NCBI GenBank assembly: GCA_977862235.1
Contig: OZ374558.1
Location: forward strand, 1,426,001 to 1,490,000
Origin: Dudresnaya verticillata
Lineage: Eukaryota
Direction of reading: 5' to 3'
DNA length: 64,000 nt
Below the pieces are notes generated by a model, which was not told the DNA's origin, ran no database searches, and saw nothing but the letters and a program-made list of their open reading frames with translations. Below, one piece after another: positions 1 to 10,613 of the stretch. The translations under genes were made by a program, and so were the position numbers. Position 1 is the first letter of the stretch; each line of letters starts with the position of its first letter.

Positions 1-2727
1 GGAACGTATGCCGACAGTGGAGCAACTGTGCATTGCTTCCACTCAATGACTTCTTTTGTACCGAGCTCAGTATCGCGCTGCGAAAAGCGTACTGTAGTGC
101 TTGCGGACAAGTCGTCTGTCACCTCAGACCTATGTGGAGATGTGATTCTGCCGTTTGAGCATGCCAATATTCGGCTCAAGAAGGCCCTCTTCATCCCGCA
201 GATGGGATACAATCTTGTCTCTACTGGGCGTTTGGCAGATAAAGGAATTGAATCCCACTTTCGCCGCTTGGACGTGCGCTTGGTACTCGACTCTAATGGG
301 TACTATATTGGATCCGGTGTTCGCGATGCGAGTTCTGGAATGTACATGCTACCAGAACCCGAGCTGCACACTTCGGAGGAGCAAGTACTGGCTGTCCCCA
401 GCACGCAGCAAACTACTGAGCTCTGGCATCGACGTCTTGCCCACATTAATTTTCGGGACTTGGCCAAAGTGCACGAGCATGTTGAGGGTGTTCCGGAGTT
501 GGGCTCCACTCATGAAGTGTGTCGGGCTTGTAGACTTGGGAAAGCACACAAACAATCATTCCCAGGGCACTTCCGCCCGGCCAAAGCTGTCGGTGATCTC
601 GTGCATTCCGACATTGTGGGTCCAATCCAGATCTCCTTTCCCGATCGTTTCCGGTATGCCACGACGTTTCTGGATGACAAATCCCGTTTCTTGGTCGGCG
701 CATGTATGAGAAGTCGCCGTATGTTGAGTGCAGCATTTGATCAAGCTTCAGCAAAGTTTATCGAGCTTGGAGGAGCAGAAATAACAAAACTCCACTCAGA
801 CGGGGCTCAGGAGTATTTGGCTTTGCAGAAAGATTTGGGAGGAGTTGGAGACAGTGGCAAATCCTTCTCCCCACCTTATACTCCGGAGCTCAATGGAATC
901 GCGGAAAGGGTGAACCGAACCATGGTGGAAGCTGCCCTGACTTTGCTGATCCAGGCTGATCTACCGGGATGTTTGTGGCCGTTTGCACTGAAGCATGTCA
1001 ACTACGTGCGCAATCGGGTACCACACTCAACCGTTGGGGCTACGCCATACTCGGTCATGACAGGTGATGTTCCTGATTTAAAACATTTAAGAGTGTTTGG
1101 ATGTGCTGCATATGTCCTAAGGCTCCCACGCGGATCCAAGTTCGAGTCTCGTGCACTTGAGGGGGTGCACTTGGAGACTCTAGAGCATGGGATCTACAGG
1201 ATATTGGTCACTGGCGGTGACGGTATACCTCGTGTGGTTGAGTCGCGGCATGTCACATTCGACGAGTCCAAATTCCCGGGTGCTCCAAGCCTGTTGGAAT
1301 ATGGGCACGACGAGGCAGATTCGGATGAAGATTACGAGTCTAACTCAGAGGCCTCTATTTTCAACTCGGACTCTGATGACGATGTGTCGCTGGGTAACTT
1401 TGAGGATGAAGAGGATGCAATTGAAGTTGACACACCTTCTTCACCTCCACTACCTCCATCAGAACCCAGCTCATTCGAATCTGATGACACGGCTGAGGAA
1501 GAAAACGTCTCTGACAATCCTCCGGCTGGTGTGAGTTCAGATCCAGAACGCCACCAACAGAGTCGATATCCTCGTCGCCAACGTCGCCAGACGTCGAAAT
1601 GGTTTATGGCAAGCTCTGCACAAGCTGAACAACAGGTTGCCCTCACAACGGGAGATGGGCCCACTCTTCGAGAGGCCATGTCTGCCACTCCGGAGGAGCG
1701 CGGGTTGTGGCAATCTGCCATTGATGATGAGTTCGCATCCTTGGAATCCAAAGGCACTTGGGTCCGTGATGACAGTCCCGGTGCACAGCCGCTTCCAACG
1801 CACGCCGTGCTGAAAGTTAAACGCAAGTCCGACGGGACGGTCGAGCGCTTCAAAGCGCGGGTCGTCGCTGGTGGAAACTTCCAGACGTATGGTGAAGACT
1901 ACATGGAAACATACGCCCCAGTTGTGTCGTTCTCGCTGGTGCGCATGTTCCTATACTTGGTACTGTGTTTGAACCTGTTTGTTGCACAGCTAGACGTGAA
2001 GACGGCTTTCCTGAATGGTGATCTGGCAGAACACGTGTGGGTAATGTCACCGCGTGGGATTCCTGGAAGGGAATCTCTCTGTTACAAACTTCTGAAAGCT
2101 ATGTATGGGCTAAAACAGGCTCACCTAGCTTGGCACACCAAGCTGTGTGGTGACCTTGCTAGGAGCTGTCGTGCGGCCGACACGTTGGTTTACAGTGGGC
2201 ACGTAGCTGTCGTGCGGCCGACACGTTGGTTTACAGCTGCCACGTAGGCAAATCTGGGTGATTACGTGGTCAATGATCCAAGTTGGATATTCATGGACGG
2301 ACTTCAGCTCGTAAGTGCGGCCACGTGGTGTGCAGTGTTGTCCGACAGCAGCCATGCGGGGACACTCGATACTTTCGAGTTCCCGCCCAAAGTTGGAGTA
2401 CATATGGATGGCAGGAAATGCGGTCGCAAGAGGGATTGCTGATGTCAGCAGTTAGCAACACTGGTGTGCAAGTTCCCGCCCATTTTGGTGGCGGATGTGA
2501 GTGTGCTGAGAGTATGATTTGGTAGATTTAATTGCTTTACTTTTTCCCGCCCATTTGATGATAGGGATCTTGGGCGTTTCTTTAATGATTTGTTTTGTTT
2601 GTGTTCACGCAGCAACTCATCCGAAAAGCTGATATAAGCCATGTCGGATGGTCGACTGCAGTAAACGAAGTAAAGCGACTTCCATTTCTCATCTTGTTCA
2701 ACTCCAACCTCTCCATATTCTTTTTCA
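1..2727 (+). mobile_element. Ty1/copia element E0, cut by the window edge and internally deleted (PR-IN-partial RT fused to the 3' part of the 3' LTR)
   Basis: ORF 28-2247 has HHCC (HRRLAH..CRAC), DDE (HSDIVGP, HSDGAQEY, NGIAER) and early RT motifs. At ~2163 the RT sequence (..GACCTTGCTAGG) jumps into the LTR 41-bp repeats. The LTR ends in CA at 2727. Confidence 0.95.
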
Positions 2728-3132
2728 ACGATCTCATACTACTCCGAAAGAGCGGTATAGGAACAATTATGGGGGGTAACATGGTCATAAATGGCGTGCA
2801 GTACTCTATTTATGCCGATGCGGCGTACATTATACGTCCCTAGCTACAAACCGCCTTCCGCTCATAACGGCGACGACCCAGCAGGCCGCATACAACACGA
2901 TCATGAGTGTTTTGCGTGAAGGAGTGGAGTGGAGTACAAGGATATCAAGGAAATGTGGTCGTCGCAAGATTTCAGGCGCATGCTGAAGGTCCGCGCCGCA
3001 CCCATCGGACTACTCTACCAGCCTGCAGCCCTGCTCTGTAACTTGAAGGTTTGTCTTAGACAGGGTGGACAAGTTGCATCTTACTTTGGTTGCAAAGCCC
3101 CATTACTGGACTCTTACGTAGCATCACCATAG
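2728..3132 (+). pseudogene. C-terminal half of a PIF/Harbinger-type DDE transposase (DDE_Tnp_4-like), disrupted
   Basis: Translation DLILLRKSG..YSIYADAAY..(stop 2841-2843, frameshift)..YNTIMSVLREGVEWEYKDIKEMWSSQDF..LLCNLKVCL..YFGCKAP matches the Harbinger HD / YGDxAY / N..S..R..VE pattern. E0 is inserted at the HD position. Confidence 0.8.
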
Positions 3133-3371
3133 GAAAAATAAAGTAAGCCGTACTACACTCCTCGCCCGCCAGCGCGAAGCGCAAACGGAGGAGGAGTGAG
3201 GACCAAGTCCGCTCTCGCTCCGCTCGGCACTCGCCTCGCTCGGCACGCGGACATGGGAAATCGCGGACGGGGGAAGCGCGCGTTTTGGGGGTGACGGAGC
3301 GATTTGACATCACTTGCGGGACGTCAAAGGCGTTGGAAAGCGCATTTGCGACCAGAGTAGAAGCAGACACT

Positions 3372-4325
3372 TTACGGAAGCTTCGCTGCGAGTGCTGCAA
3401 GCACATCCACTCAGCCTTTCCTCTCCTGCATCGATTGCTTCGTTCCTCTACCCCCATAGCGCCTTTCATCTCATCCAACTCGAGGCGGCGCTTCTGCAGG
3501 TGCAAAGACTCTTGAGCTTCGATCTGCTGCCGCTCCTCGCGCTTCCGCTCTAGTTCGAAACGCTCTTCCTTCAACTTGAGCCGCATTGTCTCCACCTCTC
3601 AACGCCGAACCATTTCGTCCATCATGACCCGGCGGTCATCATTATCAGAGTCGTACCTTGCGCGCGACTTCCGCACAGAGCGGGGGCAGAAGGCAGTTCA
3701 CCGTCGCCATAAGTCTCAGCTATGCGCTGCAGGGGTTCTTTGTGAAGTGCAGCATGCCTAATCGTTTCTCCAGCCGCAGAGATGCGTTGTTCTGCGTCCG
3801 CTTGGTTATCGCGCTCTTGCTTTCGTTGCTCTTCCATTTCATCCATCACCAGGATGAGATCGTCTAACAGCATCTCGTGTTCCCCAAAATTCTCTATTAT
3901 TCCAGAAGCAGCCTCGTTCTGCTTATTGGCGCTGCGCGTTTCGGCGACAATTTTCTTGAAGCAGTCACGAATCGATTTCCATCCGGGTTTGGCGACGCAT
4001 GCAAAGCTACCGGCGGAGCAGCTTGCAGGAAGAGCTTGAGGGCTTCCTTGTAGAGTGAGGTCGCTTTTCTATGTGCCGCGGTATGTGCGTTGCTCGCAGA
4101 CACGCATTCCAGCAAGAGGAGGTTCCATGCCGCTGAGTAGCTGAAGCGCTTGATACGAGGGGAAGCGGCAGTGCTAGATGCTGCAGCGGATGTGTCCGGC
4201 GTTAGCGCCGGCGGGGAAGGTGTCGGGACAGGTAGGGAGGTAGGTTCTGGGAGCGGCGAAGCTGTGGGGACGGCCGCTTGAGTCGGGGTTCCACAGGAGG
4301 GCGAGGATGGTGAAACTTCGACCAT
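3372..4325 (-). pseudogene. Myb/SANT-like DNA-binding protein with coiled-coil tail, probable Harbinger ORF1, frameshifted
   Basis: ORFs 3897-4412, 3622-3873 and 3056-3595 join across frameshifts: Pro-rich N-terminus, RFSYSAAWNLLLLECV, GWKSIRDCFKKIV..NEAASGIIE..EMLLDDLI, E/R-rich coil, ..VLAALAAKLP stop. It is convergent with the transposase. Confidence 0.65.
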
Positions 4326-4553
4326 GGCGCGGGAAGTGTGACGGATGTGATGGCGCGGGGGAAGGGGTTCGCTGCAAAGCACTTGGCGCCAAAGGACAGA
4401 AATGCGTTTCACTTTAGCACGCCTGGAAAGAAAAATGAATCGTCTCGTGAGGCAGCATTTCCTTTATTTTTTAAACGCGACATACGTGTATCAGCTTTTG
4501 TGCGGCAAGTCACCATTCTCACTACACTATTAACTCCTCTTCATCTCCGCTGC

Positions 4554-4829
4554 TTAAGGGGTTCGTGCAGCTCCACAGATCCGCGCACACCGAGCGCACA
4601 GCTCTGGCGTCCTAACCGCCGTCGCTTCCCGCCTCAAGTGGCGGTAGCAGTGCATGAGGACTTCGAATTCCTCCATGCACTCGCGAGCCTCCCTTAAACA
4701 GTCCTTCACTATGTCGCGCTGGGAGCGCACATCGATGCGAAATAGTACCACTTGTTCGTATGCTTGTCGGATTGAGTTGCGGGTCATGGTAGGTGTTGGC
4801 TCTGCTGGGGGATGCAGGTCGACTTCCAT
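4554..4829 (-). CDS. Short hypothetical protein (91 aa)
   Basis: ATG-initiated ORF; the homologue at 58824-59009 has a premature stop. No recognisable motif. Confidence 0.3.
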   Translation of the reverse strand: MEVDLHPPAEPTPTMTRNSIRQAYEQVVLFRIDVRSQRDIVKDCLREARECMEEFEVLMHCYRHLRREATAVRTPELCARCARICGAARTP

Positions 4830-5337
4830 CTTTAATACTGTGGACTGTGGACTGCCGCAGACACAGCCGTTCGCCTGTTGCAGTGGGAACCAGTACCTGA
4901 GCAGGGGTTGGGGGCGTCAATTAAGCAGATAAGTGCTAACAGTAATGGAATACCTTTGCTGCTCATCTACACGGAAACGTCCAAGTCCTGCCATTCGCTT
5001 TGCCCTTCGCTAAAGGCAATGTTTCATTGCGCCAATGCCTCGGTCTGTGCACCCTGCACCAGAATATGCATGAGTTGGACCTCCTCGCGAAGGAATCGGG
5101 CATGCTCGTATGTCACCGTGATGTCGTCACAGTTCATTTCTGGGGATTCAGATACCTGTTACTAGGTAAAAGTTGGACAATGCAGTGGAAGGGGATTTCT
5201 GGGAGCCTTTAATATCTGGGAAGAGGAAAAGAACCCCTGAGCTCTCAAAGCAACGAAACGACAGACTACCCAATCGTTACTACCTTTTCTTCTTTGTGGT
5301 AGTAGTAATACTGCTGGTAATACCTTCACGGAGCGCC

Positions 5338-5901
5338 TCAATCGTACATTCGAGTCAAATTGTTGTCCTGAACTGTGAGATGCCTGACTTGCAGCAACCG
5401 CATCTCCCTTGCGGTGTTTTCATTCATCTCTACATATCTGGTCTTGAGAAATAGACGGCAGAACCGGTCCAAATGAAAAACCTCTTCTTCAGCCCCGTGG
5501 ACTGTCTCAGATATATAAGATTCCAGTAACAGAGCATTTTCCCCTGCATAGCTTCCCTCCTTCACCATTCGGACTTTTCGTCGTAGTAGGCGATACAATT
5601 CGCTAAGACTCTTTGTCTCGTGTCTGTGCTTTCGCGCTTCAGAGTGCGACAGATTCTGGCAGAAACGTTGAAAAGCTTCACTGTCCCTGCCCTCGACCAG
5701 TTCGATGCCTGATTCACTCAAAGCTTCGTGAGCCCACTGCCTCGACTTTCGGGCCATCTTCATGGACAAACTCCCGTCAAGTGTTTTGAATATGGCATCA
5801 AGGCGATCCTCAATTGACTCGTCCTGGAATTTTCCATCGAATGGTGCCCCGTCGCGATCCACGCCAACAATAGACATGGTTGGTGAAATGTTTGGTTGCA
5901 T
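5338..5901 (-). CDS. Hypothetical protein (~187 aa, start uncertain)
   Basis: Frame and length are preserved in the diverged copy 59516-60079, whereas the upstream extension has frameshifting indels. Charged, helical composition. Confidence 0.55.
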   Translation of the reverse strand: MQPNISPTMSIVGVDRDGAPFDGKFQDESIEDRLDAIFKTLDGSLSMKMARKSRQWAHEALSESGIELVEGRDSEAFQRFCQNLSHSEARKHRHETKSLSELYRLLRRKVRMVKEGSYAGENALLLESYISETVHGAEEEVFHLDRFCRLFLKTRYVEMNENTAREMRLLQVRHLTVQDNNLTRMYD

Positions 5902-6835
5902 AGACGAGGAGCGCTTTGTGCAACATGCAACAGTATCCTTGCTGCAGCAACTATGTTTTATATGACCCGTAAATCCATGTCCACGATTTTTCTGCACAAG
6001 AATGTTACAGTTAGAACGAAGAGCAAACTGACCGCAACAGTTGCGATGTTGTATTGGCGGGAAGTGCTCTGTGTCTGACGCACACGTTAACGTTATTATA
6101 GTACTACGGATGTTGTTGGATGACGAACACGGGTTAGAAAATGGAATACTATGCGCAGTTACGCCACTGTACGGTTTTAACGGAGCGGGGTATCTTAGGG
6201 ACAAATAGCGGTCGAGACGCTTGACCGTATTAACGTTATGCCTGTACGGTTCCTATTGTACACCATGGCCATGGATGGCACTGAGGCCCTCGCGAATTAA
6301 TTTTATAGCAGAGAGTGTCTGCTGAATCATGAGGGGTCGTTCCGGGTTTATGCTGCACAGCTCAATACCACGCGTAAATTATGATGTCACCTGACTCATG
6401 GCGTAATATACTAATCAAACTGTTACGAAGACGGAAATTGATCCACAATACGACGATGCTAGTACAGAAACTGATCCCGTCACCCTGCTCTAATCTGTCA
6501 GAGGATCCAGAGACTGTCGTCCGAGTAGTAGACGTTGTCGTCCCCATGACACAAAATTGTCCTATACTGTTCCGTATGATGAACTCAGTCGTTCTATTAC
6601 AGGAGCAGTGAAATGATGAATGTGATAGTAGTCAGAAATTGTTAGGTTGTACACTCCCACTATTAGGACACAAGAAATAGAACTTTATCAAACTGTTGGC
6701 TAACGCCATCACTCCAATGCTTCTTTCAGGTCTTGTAGCCTTTTCTTCATGAATGGCACATGAACGCAGCACCCGGTGCTACGTCTAATCATGTTCGCTA
6801 GGCGCCGCGGATTTTCCTCGGACTTATCTCCCTCA

Positions 6836-7264
6836 CTATCCATACATACGCAGTGAGGGCCCTGCTATAGTGTGCACATATAGGTCCAGCAGAGTCAGCT
6901 TTTCTATCCTCCGCCGCTCATAAAATTTCTTTCCTCTGTAATTGAACTTATAGTTTCCGTCGAAGTACTGCTGAGAGACGGAGAAGTCTGCACTTTGAAT
7001 TCCGCTGACGCCATACACCCTTTCATGAAACGCTTTGAAAATAGACGTGTCATAGAGACGTATTCCTAGCTCTTCCAACCCGACGATACGCGTCTGACGC
7101 TGCCTTGCCCGACTGACTATACCCACAAACCTCTCCTCTCCCATACAATCGACTGCCTTCTTTAAGCTCTCTCCTCCCGTGTTCTTAAAATCGTGTAGGT
7201 TCAGGGTCTCGCCTTCTAAGTTGTCGACTTCTTCTCTCCCTCCAGGAGCGTTGTGAGACGACAT
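6836..7264 (-). CDS. Hypothetical protein (~142 aa, start uncertain)
   Basis: Protein-like composition (MSSHNAPGG..RMYG); the homologue at 61015-61444 carries one frameshift. Confidence 0.45.
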   Translation of the reverse strand: MSSHNAPGGREEVDNLEGETLNLHDFKNTGGESLKKAVDCMGEERFVGIVSRARQRQTRIVGLEELGIRLYDTSIFKAFHERVYGVSGIQSADFSVSQQYFDGNYKFNYRGKKFYERRRIEKLTLLDLYVHTIAGPSLRMYG

Positions 7265-7999
7265 TTTTAACAGCAGTACTTCATGGAATAAGTGAAACCT
7301 CTGGGCATTCGCTAGAATGAGTACGGGTGGCTGTGAAGCGCCTGGTTTCGAGATTCCAGCGCTCATGAGTTGTGCACAAAAGGGTGAAGAGTCCGACTTT
7401 AAGGGTGCAGGCATTTCTGCACAAATGTACAGAGAGGCATCAAGATACGCAGTGTCACCATAGTCACCCAAGACAGTTTCGGTTGGTGCCGAGTTGGCGC
7501 CAAGGCGTGGTCTAACCTTGAGTGTGGATAGGAGCTCAATCCAAATTACAATACCTATACAATCGTATGACCTGCGACTCGCAACCATGCGCATGATTTG
7601 GTCGTGAATATCTCGCAGCCTGTTTTTCGGGTAGCATAGGACTACTGTACGGACTGCAGCCCGGATCTCTCTTGTACTGCAGACCCCCTCATAGTAGTTA
7701 CATCCTGGTCGGGTTTCGCAGTCCTGAGACTGAAGAGTTTAGTACCGAGACTGTAGCATGTATCTGTCCACGATTGGTATGAGCGGAATGCATGCACAAG
7801 CGGATGAGGTCAATGACAGCGGCTGAGTGACATGGTTTTAATATAATGCACATTCCTTCTCTCATGCACTGGGAAACTTTGTAGATGAATGTATGGAGCA
7901 AGGGCGGAAAGCTGTGTCCGACACAGGCAGTAGTCAGAATTCATTCAGACATCCTATCCAGAACTTCGGCTTACCGGTGCACACGACAGCCTGAGAAAT

Positions 8000-8218
8000 A
8001 TGCCACCGAAAAATAAGAAGGGAGTGGGGGTGAGGTCTGTATCCAACACAGGACATACCTCATCAGACATAAGAGCGCCTGCATCATCTCGGAATGACAG
8101 AGTTCTGTTCGGAGATGTAATTAATGGAGCTACACACAAGCGAGTCGACCCTCGTTCATGTGTCCCGTTGATCTACGTCCGCCCGATCTGCAGATCGGGC
8201 GTTGAGCGATTGAAGCGC
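8000..8218 (+). pseudogene. ParB-like/DNA methyltransferase gene, piece A (N-terminus)
   Basis: ATG at 8000, MPPKNKK..PLIYVRPICRSGVERLKR; cut by a solo LTR with TSD AGCGC and resumes at 9257. Confidence 0.7.
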
Positions 8219-9251
8219 TGTTGAGGACATGGTCGCTGGCGCCTCACGTCACGGGTCAGGCACCCCAGATGGCACCCTGGCACGCTGTCACCAAACCTTC
8301 CGGAGACGACAGCCCTTTTTCCGGGCTTCCAAAATCACGGCGCATTTAGGCCTTTTGCAAAAGCAACGTGAAACGGGCTTCTGATTGGTTGTTACAAACC
8401 GCCTCCATGGTCTATATGGCTTACAAGTGTTGTGCTGGAATTGGCGGTTATAACAGGAACGGCCAAGTGGAACGATCTGATTGGACCACATGGATGCACG
8501 TGGTATGGCATGGAATGGTGTTGGTATGACTCGCACTGTACTCCACAAGTACACATGAACGTGCCATGCAATGTGCTGATGGCGTCCGAGTTGGTACTGC
8601 AGGGACTTGCGCTACGTGGAGCCTGACTTGTGATATCAGCAGATGCAGTTGTTGTGCGGCCGACACGTTGGTTTACAGTTAACACGTAGCTGTCGTGCGG
8701 CCGACACGTTGGTTTACAGTTATCACGTAGCTGTCGTGCGGCCGATACGTTGGTTTACAGCTGCCACGTAGGCAAATCTGGGTGATTACGTGGTCAATGA
8801 TCCAAGTTGGATATTCATGGACGGACTTCAGCTGGTAAGTGCGGCCACGTGGTGTGCAGTGTTGTCCGACAGCAGCCATGCGGGGACACTCGATACTTTC
8901 ACGTTCCCGCCCAAAGTTGGAGTACATATGGATGGCAGGAAATGCGGTCGCAAGAGGGATTGCTGATGTCAGCAGTTAGCAACACTGGTGTGCAAGTTCC
9001 CGCCCATTTTGGTGGCGGATGTGAGTGTGCTGAGAGCATGATTTGGTAGATTTAATTGCTTTACTTTTTCCCGCCCATTTGATGATAGGGATTTTGGGCG
9101 TTTCTTCAATGATTTGTTTTGTTTGTGTTCACGCAGCAACTCATCCGAAAAGCTGATATAAGCCATGTCGGATGGTCGACTGCAGTAAACGAAGTCAAGC
9201 GACTTCCATTTCTCATCTTGTTCAACTCCAACCTCTCCATATTCCTTTTCA
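8219..9251 (+). mobile_element. Solo copia LTR (1033 bp)
   Basis: TG..CA termini, AGCGC at 8214-8218 and 9252-9256, no PBS or PPT alongside. Confidence 0.97.
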
Positions 9252-9256
9252 AGCGC

Positions 9257-10613
9257 ATTTTCCGAGGGACCGACCGGTATAGTTCAGGGACGTTGGAGTC
9301 TCCCGTGGAAGGATTCCGGACCCTGTCGGGTACGTGGCTGGTAGCGACATGCCTGTCATTGTGCCCTTGACAGGGGCATTGAGAAGCCGCGTGTCCGAGT
9401 ATTTCAGGTCACAAATAAGGAAGGACTGTACGCATCGTTCCGAGAAAGAAGTTCAGGACATTGTGAAATCGAGGACGAAGTGGTATGGAGTAGTTGATGG
9501 CATGCATCGACTGGCAGCTATTTGTGAGCTGCTTGAAGATGACTACGAGCAGTGGAAAACATTTGAATGGCCAGTGCTGGAGCTGAACCCGCGGACCGAG
9601 CTAGTGGTTCTGAAGCAATTCGCAAGACATCAGAATCGCAAACACGAGGCAGACTGCGTCGTGGAAACTACCCTGTATAACACTTTAAAGGGTCTGAAAG
9701 ATGAGGCTGATCGCCTGCAAGCTGAAGCAAATGGGGCCAAGCCGACAGCAAAAGCGGTTGCGTCCGCTTACGATGGGGGTGTCCACATGCACGAGAACAC
9801 AGTGAAGCAGACAGCGCAAGTATCTCTCAGATTGAGCCATAGTGTCGTCGATATAGTAGGGGAGATAATGGGGGAAGAAATACCGCAGCTTGTACTGGCT
9901 TCACGGAATGGTAGAAGTTCTAAATCCGTAGCAGACGATGCCCTGATGTCGTCAATGGACTGCCGGGTTTTCAGGAAATTCATTACCCTGAACTCGCTAA
10001 AGGCTGCCACAGAGTTCATGCGCGCGGGACAAGGGGGTGGTGTGATACATAATAAGGGTGTGGAAGTCCAAATCGCGACATTGTACCGCCTTCGAGAAGT
10101 GTGCAGGAAGAACGGGTTCAGGCCTGTTCTTTACGGGGTCACGAAATCAGAGTTCGGGAAAGCTAAAGATGCGTTTGCAGAGGTTCGAAAATTCGAATGC
10201 CTTCGTGAGTCTGTAGACTGGCCGGGTCCTATGGAAACGATGCGGACAAATCTTCTGCGATCCCAAAAGTTTGATGCTGATATCATGCTTAACAGGGGCA
10301 ATGACACATTGGTTTTGCAGTGCATTCTAGATATGTACAAGGACTGTTGTCCGGAAGAAGCCCCCCTGAAGATCCACAAGTACAATTCTGTTAGAGAAAA
10401 GAACAGAAAGGAGGGCGACGAGGAGATGGCTTTGGATCAGGGGGATTTGAATGGAATTGCGACGGGAGTGCAAGATTCGGGGTGTGTGAATTCCGATCAG
10501 GTAACGACCGTTCGAAACACGGAACATCCCCAAGATGGACAGGAAGAACATGAACACGTATCCTCTCCTTCTGCCAATCTAGAGTCGTTACCTTGCAGTG
10601 GGGACCTTGGTTC
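9257..10613 (+). pseudogene. ParB-like/DNA methyltransferase gene, piece B (ParB-like domain plus helical region)
   Basis: ORF 9334 onward contains WYGVVDGMHRLAAI (9481-9522), the ParB/Srx-type DGxHR motif. It is open until the LTR at 10614. Confidence 0.75.

Larger units (their letters stand above)
4514..7735 (+). repeat. Non-copia ~3.2-kb block, copy 1
   Basis: Colinear, diverged direct copy at ~58684-61915 (same ORFs, scattered substitutions and indels). Confidence 0.95.
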
